Below the pieces are notes generated by a model. That model searched no databases, was not told the DNA's origin, and saw nothing but the letters and a program-made list of their open reading frames with translations. A stretch of 63,580 nucleotides of DNA, the filler included, from Globobulimina sp. (Eukaryota), in assembly GCA_003354225.1 (NCBI GenBank). It is 48 parts of 48 records of this genome, joined end to end, with 100 filler letters (N's around TTAATTAATTAA, not from the genome) between each part and the next. Parts side by side here need not be neighbours in the genome. Positions count along the whole stretch, not along the records: positions 50,421 to 51,646 come from PIVH01020589.1; positions 51,747 to 52,972 come from PIVH01020590.1; positions 53,073 to 54,298 come from PIVH01020591.1; positions 54,399 to 55,624 come from PIVH01020592.1; positions 55,725 to 56,950 come from PIVH01020593.1; positions 57,051 to 58,276 come from PIVH01020594.1; positions 58,377 to 59,602 come from PIVH01020595.1; positions 59,703 to 60,928 come from PIVH01020596.1; 40 more parts are not named here. One strand, written 5' to 3'. Positions 50,450-63,488 of this stretch are shown in pieces. Positions within the stretch are counted from its first letter, which is position 1. Each line of letters starts with the position of its first letter. The position numbers were made by a program, and so were the translations under genes.

Positions 50450-51574
50450 GTTATGCGTGTCAAGCGGCACAATTACATGCAGAATATGCGTCATTTTTCA
50501 CTTTGGATTGTTTAGTGTCACAAACTTATACATGCACCTCGCAATGGATATGGTTCCCTGAAAATGTCGCTGGCACTAAAATGTCCATTATATACGCTCG
50601 AGATGACAGCTTTAGCGATGCCGGTTTGTCACAGCAACCACAATTATTTTATGCAATAAATGGTTGGGCAGATGTCGATATACAATACGATGTAAATAAA
50701 AATTGGAACTGGCATTCAGGAACAATGTATTGTAATATCGATTACGTACAATTATGTTCATTCGCAACCAATGCATTTGCATGTGGTACAGGTGATGACT
50801 GCGATAATCCTATTTTGTTAACGACCGCTGCACCCACACCACCAACCGGTGCACCCACTGCATTTCCCACAGCAAATCCAAGCTATCCAAGTCGTTCACC
50901 AACCAACTTACCCACTGTCCCAACACAATCGCCCTCAGAAAACCCTACAAAAAATCCAACCAACCCTACTCCAGCACCAACCTCTGTGCCTACGCCCGGT
51001 CCAACTGCTAATCCAACACTTGTACCAACACAAAATCCGAGCACAGTCCCAACAACAAATCCAACCGATTCACCGACAAAAACATTTATAGCCAATGACG
51101 ATTTTGCTGATTATACAGTTACATGTGATACTTCTTATGAATGTCAGCGTACATTGATAATCTGTCCGACAAATGCAAATTGTAATATTATATGTTCTGC
51201 GTTGGGCGCATGCAATGAGGCTGTCATTCAATGTCCTGTTAATAGTGGCATTTGTGCTGTAACATGCACTGCAAATTCAGCGTGTAAGAATGCAGATATT
51301 CAATGGATTGATGGTCTGGAGAACAGTATAAATTGTGCAGCATTTGACAGCTCTTGCTATGGAATACATTTTCGGCCCTATGATGAAAATACGCCATGGA
51401 CTATGGATTGTTCTGCCGCCAGCAATATGTGTAAAGCCGCGATATTTGATTGTCCACAAAATGCAGATTGCACCGTAAAATGTGATCCTATCTCCACTTC
51501 AATATCGAATGTATGCCAAGGAGCTGTTATTAATGGACCTGTCAATCATCAATTGACTGTTATGTGCAATCAAG
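50450..51574 (+). CDS. Cys-rich repeat plus PT-repeat extracellular protein, internal exon
   Basis: PT repeats flanked by C-x-x-x-x-x-C...I-x-C-P repeats; bounded by AG and GT. Confidence 0.8.
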
Positions 51575-52313
51575 GTATTTTATACTATTTATATTTTAAT
51601 ATCATTCCAAAAACATTGTTTTTGATGCAAATTGTATACACACTCTNNNNNNNNNNNNNNNNNNNNNNNNNNNNNNNNNNNNNNNNNNNNTTAATTAATT
51701 AANNNNNNNNNNNNNNNNNNNNNNNNNNNNNNNNNNNNNNNNNNNNTAAAAAACTAAAAAACTTCACTTTAGTTAACGGTTTTTTTTAAGTGCACTCACA
51801 CTTTTTTTTGTAAAAGCATGGCAGGATCACAATCATTGGAATTTTTCGAAAAAAATAATTTTACCATCAAAAAATAGCAGACTACCACCTTAAATAAGCT
51901 CACTTCAAGAAAACTTCAATATATAACATCTCACCAGTAAGACTGGACAAAAAAACATATCGATCAATATTATTACAGTTTGCATTGGGTTTGCGAAAAA
52001 ACAATTGCAAATTGACTATGTCTAACTGACGGTTTTTTTAGCGTAACTTTTAATGTTAACTTTACACTGCGATGTCTTTTAGATTGCCAATTCTAAACAT
52101 GATTTCTGCTAAAGAATTATTTTTTTGTTTCATAGTATTTTCATAAATATTTTTTTGTTGTTGCAATAGGGGTCTCCGATAAGTACTGGATTTTTTTGCT
52201 GTTCGAAAATGTTTTTTTGTTTTTTACTGATCTTATCGAACACCTCACCAATCGTCGCTATGCCTGCGTCTCATCGTAATATATTTTGAAAAAATAACTC
52301 GGTCCATATGAAT

Positions 52314-52390
52314 TGTCGCTTAGCTAAAGAAGAGCGCTGGAATGGATGATACGTCCAGGAGATTCAGGTTCAAATCCTGAGGCGATGCCA
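52314..52390 (+). ncRNA. tRNA-like element (SINE-head-like)
   Basis: TGTCGCT/GGCGATG acceptor stem, CTGGA/TCCAG arm with a 12-nt loop, TCAGG TTCAAAT CCTGA T arm, then CCA. Confidence 0.78.
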
Positions 52391-52679
52391 AATAAAGAAA
52401 CCAAATAAAAACGAAAAGAATTAATTAGTTGATTGTGAATGAAAAATGGAAAAATGTATTTGGTGGTAATAAATATGTAATAAGCATCCACCAAATACAA
52501 ACAAAGAAAGAAAGAGTATTATTTGGATTTGAATTAATATGATGATGACATTATACCTGGACATGGTGAGCATCATCATAAGATTTATCTGGATTGGAGG
52601 ATAAAGATAGATTTATTTGGAAAAATGATAAAACAAAATTTGAGAAATTAAATTGATTGGATTGAATTGGATGGATAAA

Positions 52680-52827
52680 TTGGATGAAAATGAAATGTTT
52701 GATGGTGGCCATCATTACCACCACAAACAACACCAATGACAAACGTTTTAATTTTTGTTTTTGTGCGTTTTGTTGTTGCTCAGACAATTACTAACTGTCA
52801 GATCTTATCCTCGCACAAATAAAAAAT
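52680..52827 (+). repeat. Dispersed repeat 3' module shared with 57645-57855
   Basis: GATGAAAATGAAAT..GTTTGATGG..GGCCATCAT..CACAAACA...GTCAGATCTTATCCT(C/T)GCACAAATAAAA in both contigs. Confidence 0.85.
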
Positions 52828-53154
52828 GTGTTGTTGATCTCCCATTTAACAAGCTCAAATAAAAAAATCTTGTATTTATTTTGGACAATTGTTTTGTATT
52901 TATTTTGGACAATGTGCGAGTTCTAATTATTTGGTGCGGGTTATACTTATTTCGTGTATATATACTTATTTGNNNNNNNNNNNNNNNNNNNNNNNNNNNN
53001 NNNNNNNNNNNNNNNNTTAATTAATTAANNNNNNNNNNNNNNNNNNNNNNNNNNNNNNNNNNNNNNNNNNNNATGGGGCTTAACACGATGAAACAATGGA
53101 GTTGACATGCCCAATAATTGCCAAAATATTTAAAAGCAAGTTTTCTTTAGTTGC

Positions 53155-54271
53155 ATGACCATGGACACCATACAAACATTGATAAAAACAGTGCAACAAT
53201 TTTGGAATGCGTCCAATAGATATACCAAAATATTATTGGCGTCTGGATTTTCAATTGCCACATTACTTACAACCCGCATATTATTGCTTAAACTTCATCG
53301 TAAAATCACTAACGCTCCTCCTGGGCCAATTGGCTTATTTCCAATTCTTAACATTATGCCAACCTTCATCACCTTTGGACCATTTACATTCATGAAAGAT
53401 TTCCTTCCAAAATATGGTCCAATTACAAAATATTCATTTTTCTTCGGAACAGTATATATGATCAACGATGGCCCGATGGCTAAACGAGCATTAAAAAAAT
53501 TAAAAGTAAAAATGGGCAGCAGTGGAGATTTCCGATCAGAAAATAAAAATCGTGACTTATTTGGTAACTCATTTAAAACCATCCAGAAATTCAAAGAGCT
53601 GATGACTCAAAACTCTTTGAACAATGCATCCATCGAACATGGGATTAAAAAAGCATTAAACAAATTTATTTATCCAGTCATTGAGGAACAAAAAGGAAAA
53701 ACAATAGTGGTTGACACCATATTCCGACCATTAATATTTGACTTATTATACTTTACAATGACTGGTTTTCATTTGGAATCATTAACGGATCCATTTTATA
53801 CTAAATTCAATGATATTTCTGGTGGCTGCGCAGCTCAGATAATGCATAAAATATTGAGTGCAATGTCAATGGGTAAACATGAAATAAAATCGAATGATGC
53901 GTCACAGCAAATATATTCTCCTTTACTTCCATTGAAAGAATGTTTTGCCGAATATATAGAGAAAAATGAAGAAAATATATTATTGAACAAAGATTGTTTT
54001 TATGCGCAATTATATAATGATACTGCTTACGTCAACGCAAAGGATGAATTAATGTTTGATGCAGCATTGATAATAAATGCAGGTTTTGATACAGTGAGTA
54101 TTGTGATGGAATTTATGTTGTTATGTTTAGCAAAACATATGAAAGTTCAAGAGTTAATATATGATGAATTGTCAAATATTTTTAAGGATGGTGAGGTTGA
54201 AAACATGTCATTGAACATAAAAAATAAACAAGTGAATACATTGCAAGCTTTTGTTCATGAGGTGTTGCGAA
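53155..54271 (+). CDS. Cytochrome P450, 3'-truncated
   Basis: N-terminal anchor, PPGP, I-helix AGFDTV, K-helix EVLR. Confidence 0.93.
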
Positions 54272-54463
54272 TGTATGTACTGTTTAATATATGTCATANN
54301 NNNNNNNNNNNNNNNNNNNNNNNNNNNNNNNNNNNNNNNNNNTTAATTAATTAANNNNNNNNNNNNNNNNNNNNNNNNNNNNNNNNNNNNNNNNNNNNAG
54401 TTCCAGTGTAAAAGTACAAATCATATCATGTTTTCAGGATATTACAATAAATACAGAAGAAAA

Positions 54464-55252
54464 ATGCCAACAACAAACTGTATCAGATGTTGAGTCCCAA
54501 TCCAGCGTTGAAATTATAATCGATGAAAAAAATACCATTTGGCATCATATATTGAACAATGTACATATTTTTGATGGAACAAAATATGCAAATTTAATAT
54601 TACATGGAGCACAATCGAACTATGGTGTAGCTGTCGGTGTAGTTTTGGTATTATTGTATATGTTTGGATTGTATACATTTGACAGAGCTGATTTTTATCA
54701 ATTTTCATCCATTTATTCAATTTGTATTTTATCAATAACTCTGCCAGGATCAATATTATATTTTGGCACATTGAATGTTCCCATTTGTTTATCAATTTTC
54801 AAGAAATTTACTTTTTGGTTCAAAATGTACAATGTCGTGTTGTGCAATACAATGAGTCTTGTTTGGGCATATCATAATTTATCATTTGATGTTATCTCAA
54901 AAAGCAAATGGTTTACAATCTATTCAGTTTATTATTTCATTAACTTAGTAACAACGGCTATGGGCGGATTATTGGATGGCTTTAAATGGTCAAAATGGTT
55001 AAAAATAATGGGCCCTCCTTATTGGCCATATATTTTACTAATTCCTTCGTATACTGGCATTTTTTAAAAGATGATACAATTTTAAAATTCAAATTCAGTA
55101 AATATGAAAAAGATTTTGTTCTAACAACAATCGCAGAAGGAGCTGCATTTAATACTGCATTGTTTTTTTGGGCTCAGGCATATAATGCCATTCGTCATAA
55201 TAACCAGACAACTGTTTTATCCACAAAAATTATAATAGATTGGAAAAAATAA
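54464..55252 (+). CDS. Multi-TM hypothetical protein with two single-base frameshifts
   Basis: The hydrophobic coding signal continues across frames near 54476 and 55011. Confidence 0.55.
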
Positions 55253-55499
55253 ATAACATTTGTTTGTTATGTGTGAGTTCTGTGAGTAATATTATAGATC
55301 CACGTCATTGATCAAATTAAATCAAAACAAGAGATAAAAAATTTAAAACAATATATTAATACAATTTTAAATTGATACTGTGTTTGATAGCAACAAAGTG
55401 GCGAAAAATTTAGATGATCATCACACAACATTCATAACTTATAATTATTAGTTATTTGGATGCAAACACATAACATGCAACGCCTTCTGACGCATATAC

Positions 55500-55624
55500 A
55501 TGTTTTTCCTTCAGATTTATACCCATACTTTCCTTGTAAGCCGGGGGTTATCGTTCCGATTTCTTGTGCATTTGACGTATAGAAATGTTCACTGCCGTAA
55601 TAGCGATAAAATGGCGACAATTGC
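55500..55624 (-). CDS. DUF5648-like repeat exon
   Basis: PFYRYY..EHFYT...EIG...GYKSEG. Confidence 0.6.
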
Positions 55625-55870
55625 NNNNNNNNNNNNNNNNNNNNNNNNNNNNNNNNNNNNNNNNNNNNTTAATTAATTAANNNNNNNNNNNNNNNNNNNN
55701 NNNNNNNNNNNNNNNNNNNNNNNNATCATCCAATTCATCTGTTGATTCTTCTGTTGAACCGTCTGATAATTCTGATAATTCGTCTTTGGATTCGTTTGTG
55801 TCTTCAACAATTAACGCCATCTAAAAACAGAAATACAGAATCTTTCTTTTTAAAGTTGTAGCTCTAACGA

Positions 55871-56950
55871 ATGGCACACAACTCTGCCACATTCAACTTT
55901 GATGATTGGATTGATGACTATAAATTGGGTGATATAAAAAAATGTTTTGTTGGCTATGAAATGACCACCTTAGAGACCTTAGAAGCAGACGATTCGAATT
56001 ATATCAAATTGATTGGTGATCCCAGAGTTCTGCAATATGCACTTTTAGCGATTCATGTCAAGATTCATGAAGGAATATCGGCGTTGAATGATTTGCTGGA
56101 AGAAATTGCGTCAGCTACAAATACTGAAGAAAAAGAATTGTGTCAGCTACAAATTGTGTCGTCGGATGAAAAAGAAGCCACAAATACTGCTATTATGGTA
56201 CCGGTATATTTGACTGAACCAGAAATAAAAGCACTCAGTGCCATAGAGCATAATATCAAAGATTTGGAGCAGAAACAATCCAAATTATCTGACTCCGCTG
56301 CATTAGACGCACAAAAACAAGAAAATAGAGAGATTATGAAAGAATATCAAACAAAAATGAAAGGGCAATTCACTGAAATTATGTCTGTGATTGACAATGT
56401 ATTTGAAACATTAGAATATGAAGTTGCAAAATGTCAAACTAACTTAGATAATAAAATGAAAAAACATGAAAATTATATTGTGGAACGGGAAAGGAATCAT
56501 AATCGACAAACGACAATGATAGAAAACAGCATACAAAATTGTTTAACGCGGATCCATCAAACTATTGAGCATTCTGCAAATATAAAGAAAGAGTGTGGAT
56601 CAATTTTGAGGGCATATCCAAACAATATCGGCAACAGCAATAATTGGAAAATATTTGGCTCCGAAAATAAGCAAAGAGAGGATGCGATTGTGGAGAAATG
56701 TGATATGGCACAAAAAGAATACAAAATACAATCCGATCGGCTCAGTGATGATATAAATGAAATGTATAAATATATGTCAGCAGAATTAGAGTTATCCGAT
56801 GATGAGCACGCATATCCCTCAATTAATCAAAATGTTTATGATCGAATTTGTAAGGCAGCAAACCAATTACTTGAAATTGCTGATGACCATGACACCGAAG
56901 AGAAGGAGAGCGAAATGAAGCAAATCATTGAATTAATGATTGATAACAAT
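55871..56950 (+). CDS. SAM-like plus coiled-coil protein, 3'-truncated
   Basis: FDDWIDDYKLGDIKKCF N-terminus followed by a long coiled coil. Confidence 0.65.
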
Positions 56951-57644
56951 NNNNNNNNNNNNNNNNNNNNNNNNNNNNNNNNNNNNNNNNNNNNTTAATT
57001 AATTAANNNNNNNNNNNNNNNNNNNNNNNNNNNNNNNNNNNNNNNNNNNNTTTTTTATCAAAATTTTTATTTACAATTTTTAAGAATTATTTTTATTCGC
57101 ATTTTGGTGATGGAAATGGTGATCAAACGTGTATGGGAATGATGATTTTTCATCACACAACATCATGGAACATGATTATATGCTTTATTTTGCGTTTTAA
57201 GCTCATTAGGGCTTTCCGATATGTACTGCAAATGTCAAAAACTTTTTGAACACCACCCTACTCAGTACATGCAGTTCGAAAAGTCGCAGACTATCAAAAG
57301 GAGCCGCAGGTACATCCATTGATGATCAGAGCTGCCATCTTTTCTTTTCTGTTCGGTATACGGTATACGCCTCACTTGACTAGATTTCAAAAACCTTGCT
57401 TAATTAAACAATAACTCTCTCACTTTCTCATGCCTCGACGTCGACGTCAAAGCCAAACTAACCAGCATTCACAGCTTGGTTTACAGCAACAATTAATACA
57501 TGGATTCATGGTTGATTATCCTGTGAATAATTCATTTGATTGCGAAGGGAGATTCGGGAAAGTGACAAAAAGCAAACCAATGAAAAATAGAATAGGAGAT
57601 TCGGGAAAGTGAGCACCATATGAATAGAAATGAAAAATAGAATA

Positions 57645-57855
57645 GGATGATGAAAATGAAATATGTTTGATGGTTTTGATGATGGCGTATTGCGAGGCCA
57701 TCATCATCACCATCACCATCACAAACAAAGAAACAACATGCACAAAATGACAAACATATCTTAATTTTTGTTTGTTTGTCCGTTTTTATTTTGTTTGTCC
57801 GTTTTTATTTTGTTGTTGATCTGACAGTCAGATCTTATCCTTGCACAAATAAAAT
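57645..57855 (+). repeat. Second copy of the dispersed repeat 3' module
   Basis: Shares the motifs of 52680-52827. Confidence 0.85.
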
Positions 57856-60096
57856 ATCATTTTCTCAGTTAAACAAACAAACAATTGTCTGATTTGCAAA
57901 CTCATTCCCATATTTTTCCAAATTGTCCTTCAATTTCGCAATCAACACTAAATAATGCGTTAAATGCAATAATTACGCATTTTTATATGGTTATTATCAT
58001 CAATATGAATGGTATTCGCCGATTTCGTATTCACTCACAATGTTGCTGTCAATATTACCATTCACGACGTAATCGAATAAATTATTATATTTGCACTTAT
58101 TTCCCGCATATATCATTTGCTTAAATGGTCGCGATATCTTTGTATTCTGTTACATTCATATTGTTTCGATAATTTATGATCTAAATTTAACAGTGACTTA
58201 CTTAGAAACTGTATGCCTTTCTCATAATATTTAGCCGCGGCTTCATAGCATTGTTTTGATTCATACTCAAAAGCCANNNNNNNNNNNNNNNNNNNNNNNN
58301 NNNNNNNNNNNNNNNNNNNNTTAATTAATTAANNNNNNNNNNNNNNNNNNNNNNNNNNNNNNNNNNNNNNNNNNNNTCCAGAATACAGAAAAACACAAAA
58401 ATACAGAATACATAAAAAATAACCGCCGTTTTTAATGCTTTTGATTGAATTTGCGGTTGATTATAAATTGAGTGTTGATTAAAAAATAGCATGGGGTTTG
58501 ATCGAGGATACTTTGGGTCTTTGGTTGAAAGGACGACGGTGTTGATAGCCAATAACTAATGTGATAGACCATGCACAATGAACCAAATCACTCCATGACA
58601 AATACTCCTCAAAAGAGTGCAGCGCAGCGAACTGCCGAAGAACTGGTTCAGTGAACATTGGGCCACAGTTTGATTTTTTAAATTTGTTTATATTTGTTTA
58701 TAAATTGTAAGGTGATTGGTTGGTTTTCGTTGATGTTGTAATTGTTTGCGTGATGGTTCATTGTTGCTTATGGCTCATTGTTGCGAGATGGCTCATACGA
58801 ATTGATTGGGGACATCGAGCTCATTTAGGATTTGTGTTTTGTATATCGTGTACGGTCGAATTAAACCGCCAAAAAAAATCATACAGAACACGTACCGCGC
58901 CGGTAGCTTTAGCTTGAGACTGGGAGCTATGAAAGGATGTAGGTTGAGTGTTTTGAATTGGCGTATCATCAATTTTGATAATAAGGAAATGGGCATTATC
59001 TCATACAATTTCCTATATTTATTAACTCGAGTGAGCAATCATCACTATCTTCTATGGATGCAATAAACGAAGACGAGCCATATTCCTCATCCTCTCCTTC
59101 CTCACCACACAAATAATATGAAATCACAGCTTGTATTATAATCTGATCAAATTTGAAATAAATGAGAATAAAAATTATTAAAATCTAAGTGTAACACAAC
59201 ATTAATTGCACTGTGGCTAAGTGATTTATTTTTTATTTTGTCAATTGTCACCAAACAGAACTTGTATAATCTGTCAAATTGGATATCAATCAAAGATATT
59301 TTAATGCATTGTCCTTTAATCTCCATAATTTATTCTTTTCTAATTTATTTCTTGTTTAAATTCTAAATATTGCACAATCTCTTTTCGCCAACTTTTTTGT
59401 AAATCATAACTGCACAAAAACAACTTTATAATATGCGATGAAATGATATTTTGTTCTCTTCCGTGAGTGGGCAAAAATAAATTTTGTAACATTTTTTGTA
59501 TAAATTTATTATGTTTTTCGCAGATAATAGAAAGCAGCAAAATTGATGAAAGAGAAAACGAAGAATCGTTAGCATTGTTGTCAAACACTGCAAAATCTCA
59601 GCNNNNNNNNNNNNNNNNNNNNNNNNNNNNNNNNNNNNNNNNNNNNTTAATTAATTAANNNNNNNNNNNNNNNNNNNNNNNNNNNNNNNNNNNNNNNNNN
59701 NNTGATTTCTAAATTCTAATCATTCCATAAACTGAGTTCAACCCATTACAGGTGAAGCTCCATCCATTATTCCATTTGTTATTTTAATATTTTTCTGTTA
59801 AAATTCATTAAAATTAAATTGATTGTATAGATCCAGATTCATAGTGGTAAAGCAGGAACTATTAAATATCAGTTTATGATCAATCATTCCAATATGAAAT
59901 TTGCTTCAATATAGAATGAAATACAAATATATTGTTGATTCTAGACATGTACAATTTTGAGCTATCTCATAATTTCATACCAATGTCTACAGTCATTTGC
60001 TTTTCTGTGTATTATCCATTAAATTTATTTCTTGTCACTTCAAGCTGGCATTCATAAAGAACGAAAACTCGTACTATATTTAATATAGATTTGTCA

Positions 60097-60804
60097 ATGT
60101 CCACCGATTTCATTACAATAAATCACGTTAGTAAACATTGTGTGTTCACGGTGTGTGGATATATAAAAATGATGCAGAAATTATTGCCAGATTCTGCATT
60201 TTATAATATTCCATCGTTAATTAAGCATATAATCATAATGTATTATTGGATTGGGGAATATTTTGAGAAATGTGGTGACAATATGAAAATTAGTGGGGTC
60301 AACCATGATATACTCATAAAAGAGAAAGAACAAACATATTGTAATGTAGCATTCGGAGCTAATTGGATCCCATCAAATACACAAAATATAATTAAATGGA
60401 CATTGAAAGTCATTAAAAGTGGTGCTAAAAATGCAAATACGGGTGTTATGATTGGCATTGTGTCCAAAGAAGTTAACAAGAACACACGTTCAATATGGAG
60501 CTATCCGGATGCATCACCAAGTTATTTTTGGTGCTGGTCATACATTTATAATAATTGTAAGGCCACAACCTATGTTTATGGCGGAGGTGGTACTGAGGAA
60601 TATTTTGGTAAAACAGGATCTTGTGTCACCATTGAGCTTAATTTAAAGAAAGAACAATTGATATTTCATGTGGATGGTAAATGTTACGGTGTTGCAGCTG
60701 AAAATATAAAAAAACACGAAAAAATTCAGTATAAGTTGGCAATATCTTTGTATTGGCCTCAGACCGTGTTACAAATTCAAAAATTTGAGTGCGTGGATCC
60801 GTAA
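60097..60804 (+). CDS. B30.2/SPRY-like domain protein
   Basis: IPSLIKHIIIMYY, VMIGIV, ITIELNLKKEQLIFHVDGKCYGVA-type segment, YKLAISL. Confidence 0.75.
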   Translation: MSTDFITINHVSKHCVFTVCGYIKMMQKLLPDSAFYNIPSLIKHIIIMYYWIGEYFEKCGDNMKISGVNHDILIKEKEQTYCNVAFGANWIPSNTQNIIKWTLKVIKSGAKNANTGVMIGIVSKEVNKNTRSIWSYPDASPSYFWCWSYIYNNCKATTYVYGGGGTEEYFGKTGSCVTIELNLKKEQLIFHVDGKCYGVAAENIKKHEKIQYKLAISLYWPQTVLQIQKFECVDP

Positions 60805-61028
60805 ATCAAATAAGGGAATGTTGTTAAATTACGTAATTAAAATTTGACCCTAGGTCCTAGGTCCCATCGCAATTGCAACAAATTGTAACAACTTCAAACT
60901 TTTTTTCTTAAAGGATTGTAAAGGAGTTNNNNNNNNNNNNNNNNNNNNNNNNNNNNNNNNNNNNNNNNNNNNTTAATTAATTAANNNNNNNNNNNNNNNN
61001 NNNNNNNNNNNNNNNNNNNNNNNNNNNN

Positions 61029-61096
61029 GACTGTAACTAATTTATGTCCTTTGGACTGTAACTAATTTCTGTCCTTTGGACTGTAACTAATTTATG
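61029..61096 (+). repeat. 25-bp tandem repeat, about 3 copies
   Basis: GGACTGTAACTAATTT(A/C)TGTCCTTT. Confidence 0.9.
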
Positions 61097-61592
61097 CAGA
61101 CATGCGCATGCCCCAGTACCAGCCCAGTACTGGTACTGGGCTGGAGCAAAAAAGTACTGGGCTGGTACTGGGCAAAAATCTTGGAAACTGCCAACTTTTT
61201 CCCTTTTTTGAGAAAAAGGTTAAAAATAATGAAAAAAGCCAGATTTCACTCTGCTACAGTAAATTTCGCACCTCAGAATTTCGATTTTCGCTAAAGTTTT
61301 GGCCTTCGGCCAAATTCCACTCCACTATAGTAAATTTTCCATTTCGAAACTGTGATTTTCGCAAACGTCTGGCCTTCAGCCTTAAAACTGACAATTTTGA
61401 CTATCTATGTAATGACTGCAATAAATGATTTTTTTCCTTTGTAGGCTGAAATATGGCCGATTTTTAATGTTATTTTAAAAAAAATTCTTAGTACTGGGCA
61501 AGTACTGGGCAAAACGTGAAAGTACTGGGCTGGTACTGGGCAAAAAAATTGCAAAATGGTACTGGGTAGGAAAAATTTGGTGCGCATGTCTG
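61097..61592. mobile_element. hAT-like MITE, 496 bp
   Basis: 12-bp TIR CAGACATGCGCA/TGCGCATGTCTG and many subterminal GTACTGGG motifs; no target-site duplication seen. Confidence 0.75.
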
Positions 61593-62710
61593 GCCGTATC
61601 CATCCATACCCGTGGCTCTTATATTTTTATTTTTGAAAGAATAATAAACAATACAGCTTTTAATGATGAAAATCTTTATCCAAAACAGCAATATACAACT
61701 TTTACATTATGAACATACAATGATTATTGTCGCATAAAACGCACATTATTACATTACCACCAAAGAACAACATTTACTAATCACTACTTTCAGCATCATC
61801 ATCATCACCCTCCCCATCATCACTACTACCATAATCCTCATCTTGACGAACAGAAATGAATCTGATTAATGCATTGCCTTTTGACAGAGAAACTGACACA
61901 CGATCATCTCTTTCTTCATCCTCATCATCATGAAACTCAACTTTGATGTCAGCCACTTGACAGGAATTAGTAAGAGCTGATTTGAATGCATCAAAATTAG
62001 GCAAAATTAAATTATATACCACTATTTCACGAGGGAACAATTCAGATTGAGCGACATTCAAGAAACTAACCATGTTGGTCAATAACTAAAAATAGAAAAA
62101 TGTAGTACAAGCATGCGTCGTAGGGGGTTTGGAGGGGGTTTTACCCCCAACCGGGCAAAATGACCAAACCCACCCCTGGCGAGAAATCTGGGGGCTATTT
62201 TTGGGCCTTCTGGAGGATTTTTGGTCAAAAACTGTCATTTTTTGGTAGAAAATCNNNNNNNNNNNNNNNNNNNNNNNNNNNNNNNNNNNNNNNNNNNNTT
62301 AATTAATTAANNNNNNNNNNNNNNNNNNNNNNNNNNNNNNNNNNNNNNNNNNNNATTGTATTTGCAAATATTCATAAAGGAAATGAATGGATTACTCAAG
62401 ATTTAAATAATGGACATTTGGATTGGTATTTCTTTTCCATTGCTTTATTTATGATTTTCGCGTGGATATTCTTTTTGTGTCACGCAAAAAAATATAAATA
62501 TAATAATTATAATTATTCACAACAAAATAATAATGAATCCTGTACAAAACGACAGCAATCAATTGGAAACTCCGTTGATTATACTGCTGACTGACATAAT
62601 TAGTTTAATATATACTATTACAACTAAAACTGGAGCATTCCAACACTGGACCAGCAGTAATGAAGACCCACAAAGAATTTCATGTCGAAAAAACTTTTAA
62701 AATAAAACAA

Positions 62711-63488
62711 ATGGCAGCTCAGTTGCAGACTAACGAAGGTATTGGAGAAACTGAAGAACTTAAAGCGTGGCTACAAGGAAATAAGTTGACAAAAGCAATA
62801 GATTTATTGATAGATAATGGTGTAACATTGGAAGAATTGAGGGATTTATCACAACAATCGTCAATTAAGGAGCTAAAGTTTATTATTTATACTTTTTATA
62901 TGTTCATTTAATTTTTGCATTTTATAAAACATATGCATTTAATACAGAAATTATGCTCTCCATACATTGAAATTCGATCTTGTACATTCAGGCCGTTTTG
63001 CAAAAGCGGTGTTTGCATTAAAATCGACTGAAACGCAGCAACCGCAACCACCAAAACAACAAATAACACAAAAAGTAATTCACATTGTTTTGAGCAGAGA
63101 GGAGCAAGAAGCCATTAATGCAATACACCAAAAACAAGAAATTATCAATCGAAAAATTAATACGTCCATCAAAGATCTAAATAGTTTAAAAAAATTAGGC
63201 AGAACAAATGAAAATAATATAAATCAATTTAGAAAACAAGCAATGGATCGATTAAACAAAAGAATTGATGAAATTATTAAAAAATCACATATTGGAATTA
63301 AGAAAAAAGAAGAAATTATCTCAAAACATATACAACAATTAAAAGTATACAATAAATCACTAAATATCGCCGATTCACAGAATGATAACTTATTAAAAAA
63401 TAACAAATTAAATAAATATCAACGTACAAAAAAGATTAATGAAATTTGGGCGAATGTGTTAAAAAAAAAAAGAGATAAAAGATATTAA
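62711..63488 (+). CDS. SAM-like plus coiled-coil protein, intron about 62878-62947
   Basis: LKAWLQGNKL...GVTLEELRDL, a short GT-AG intron, then a coiled coil. Confidence 0.7.

Noticed and set aside
1229-62354. Regularly spaced TTAATTAATTAA repeats suggesting an array
   Set aside because: Artificial concatenation linker flanked by Ns; ORFs ending in XXX-LIN are artefacts of it.
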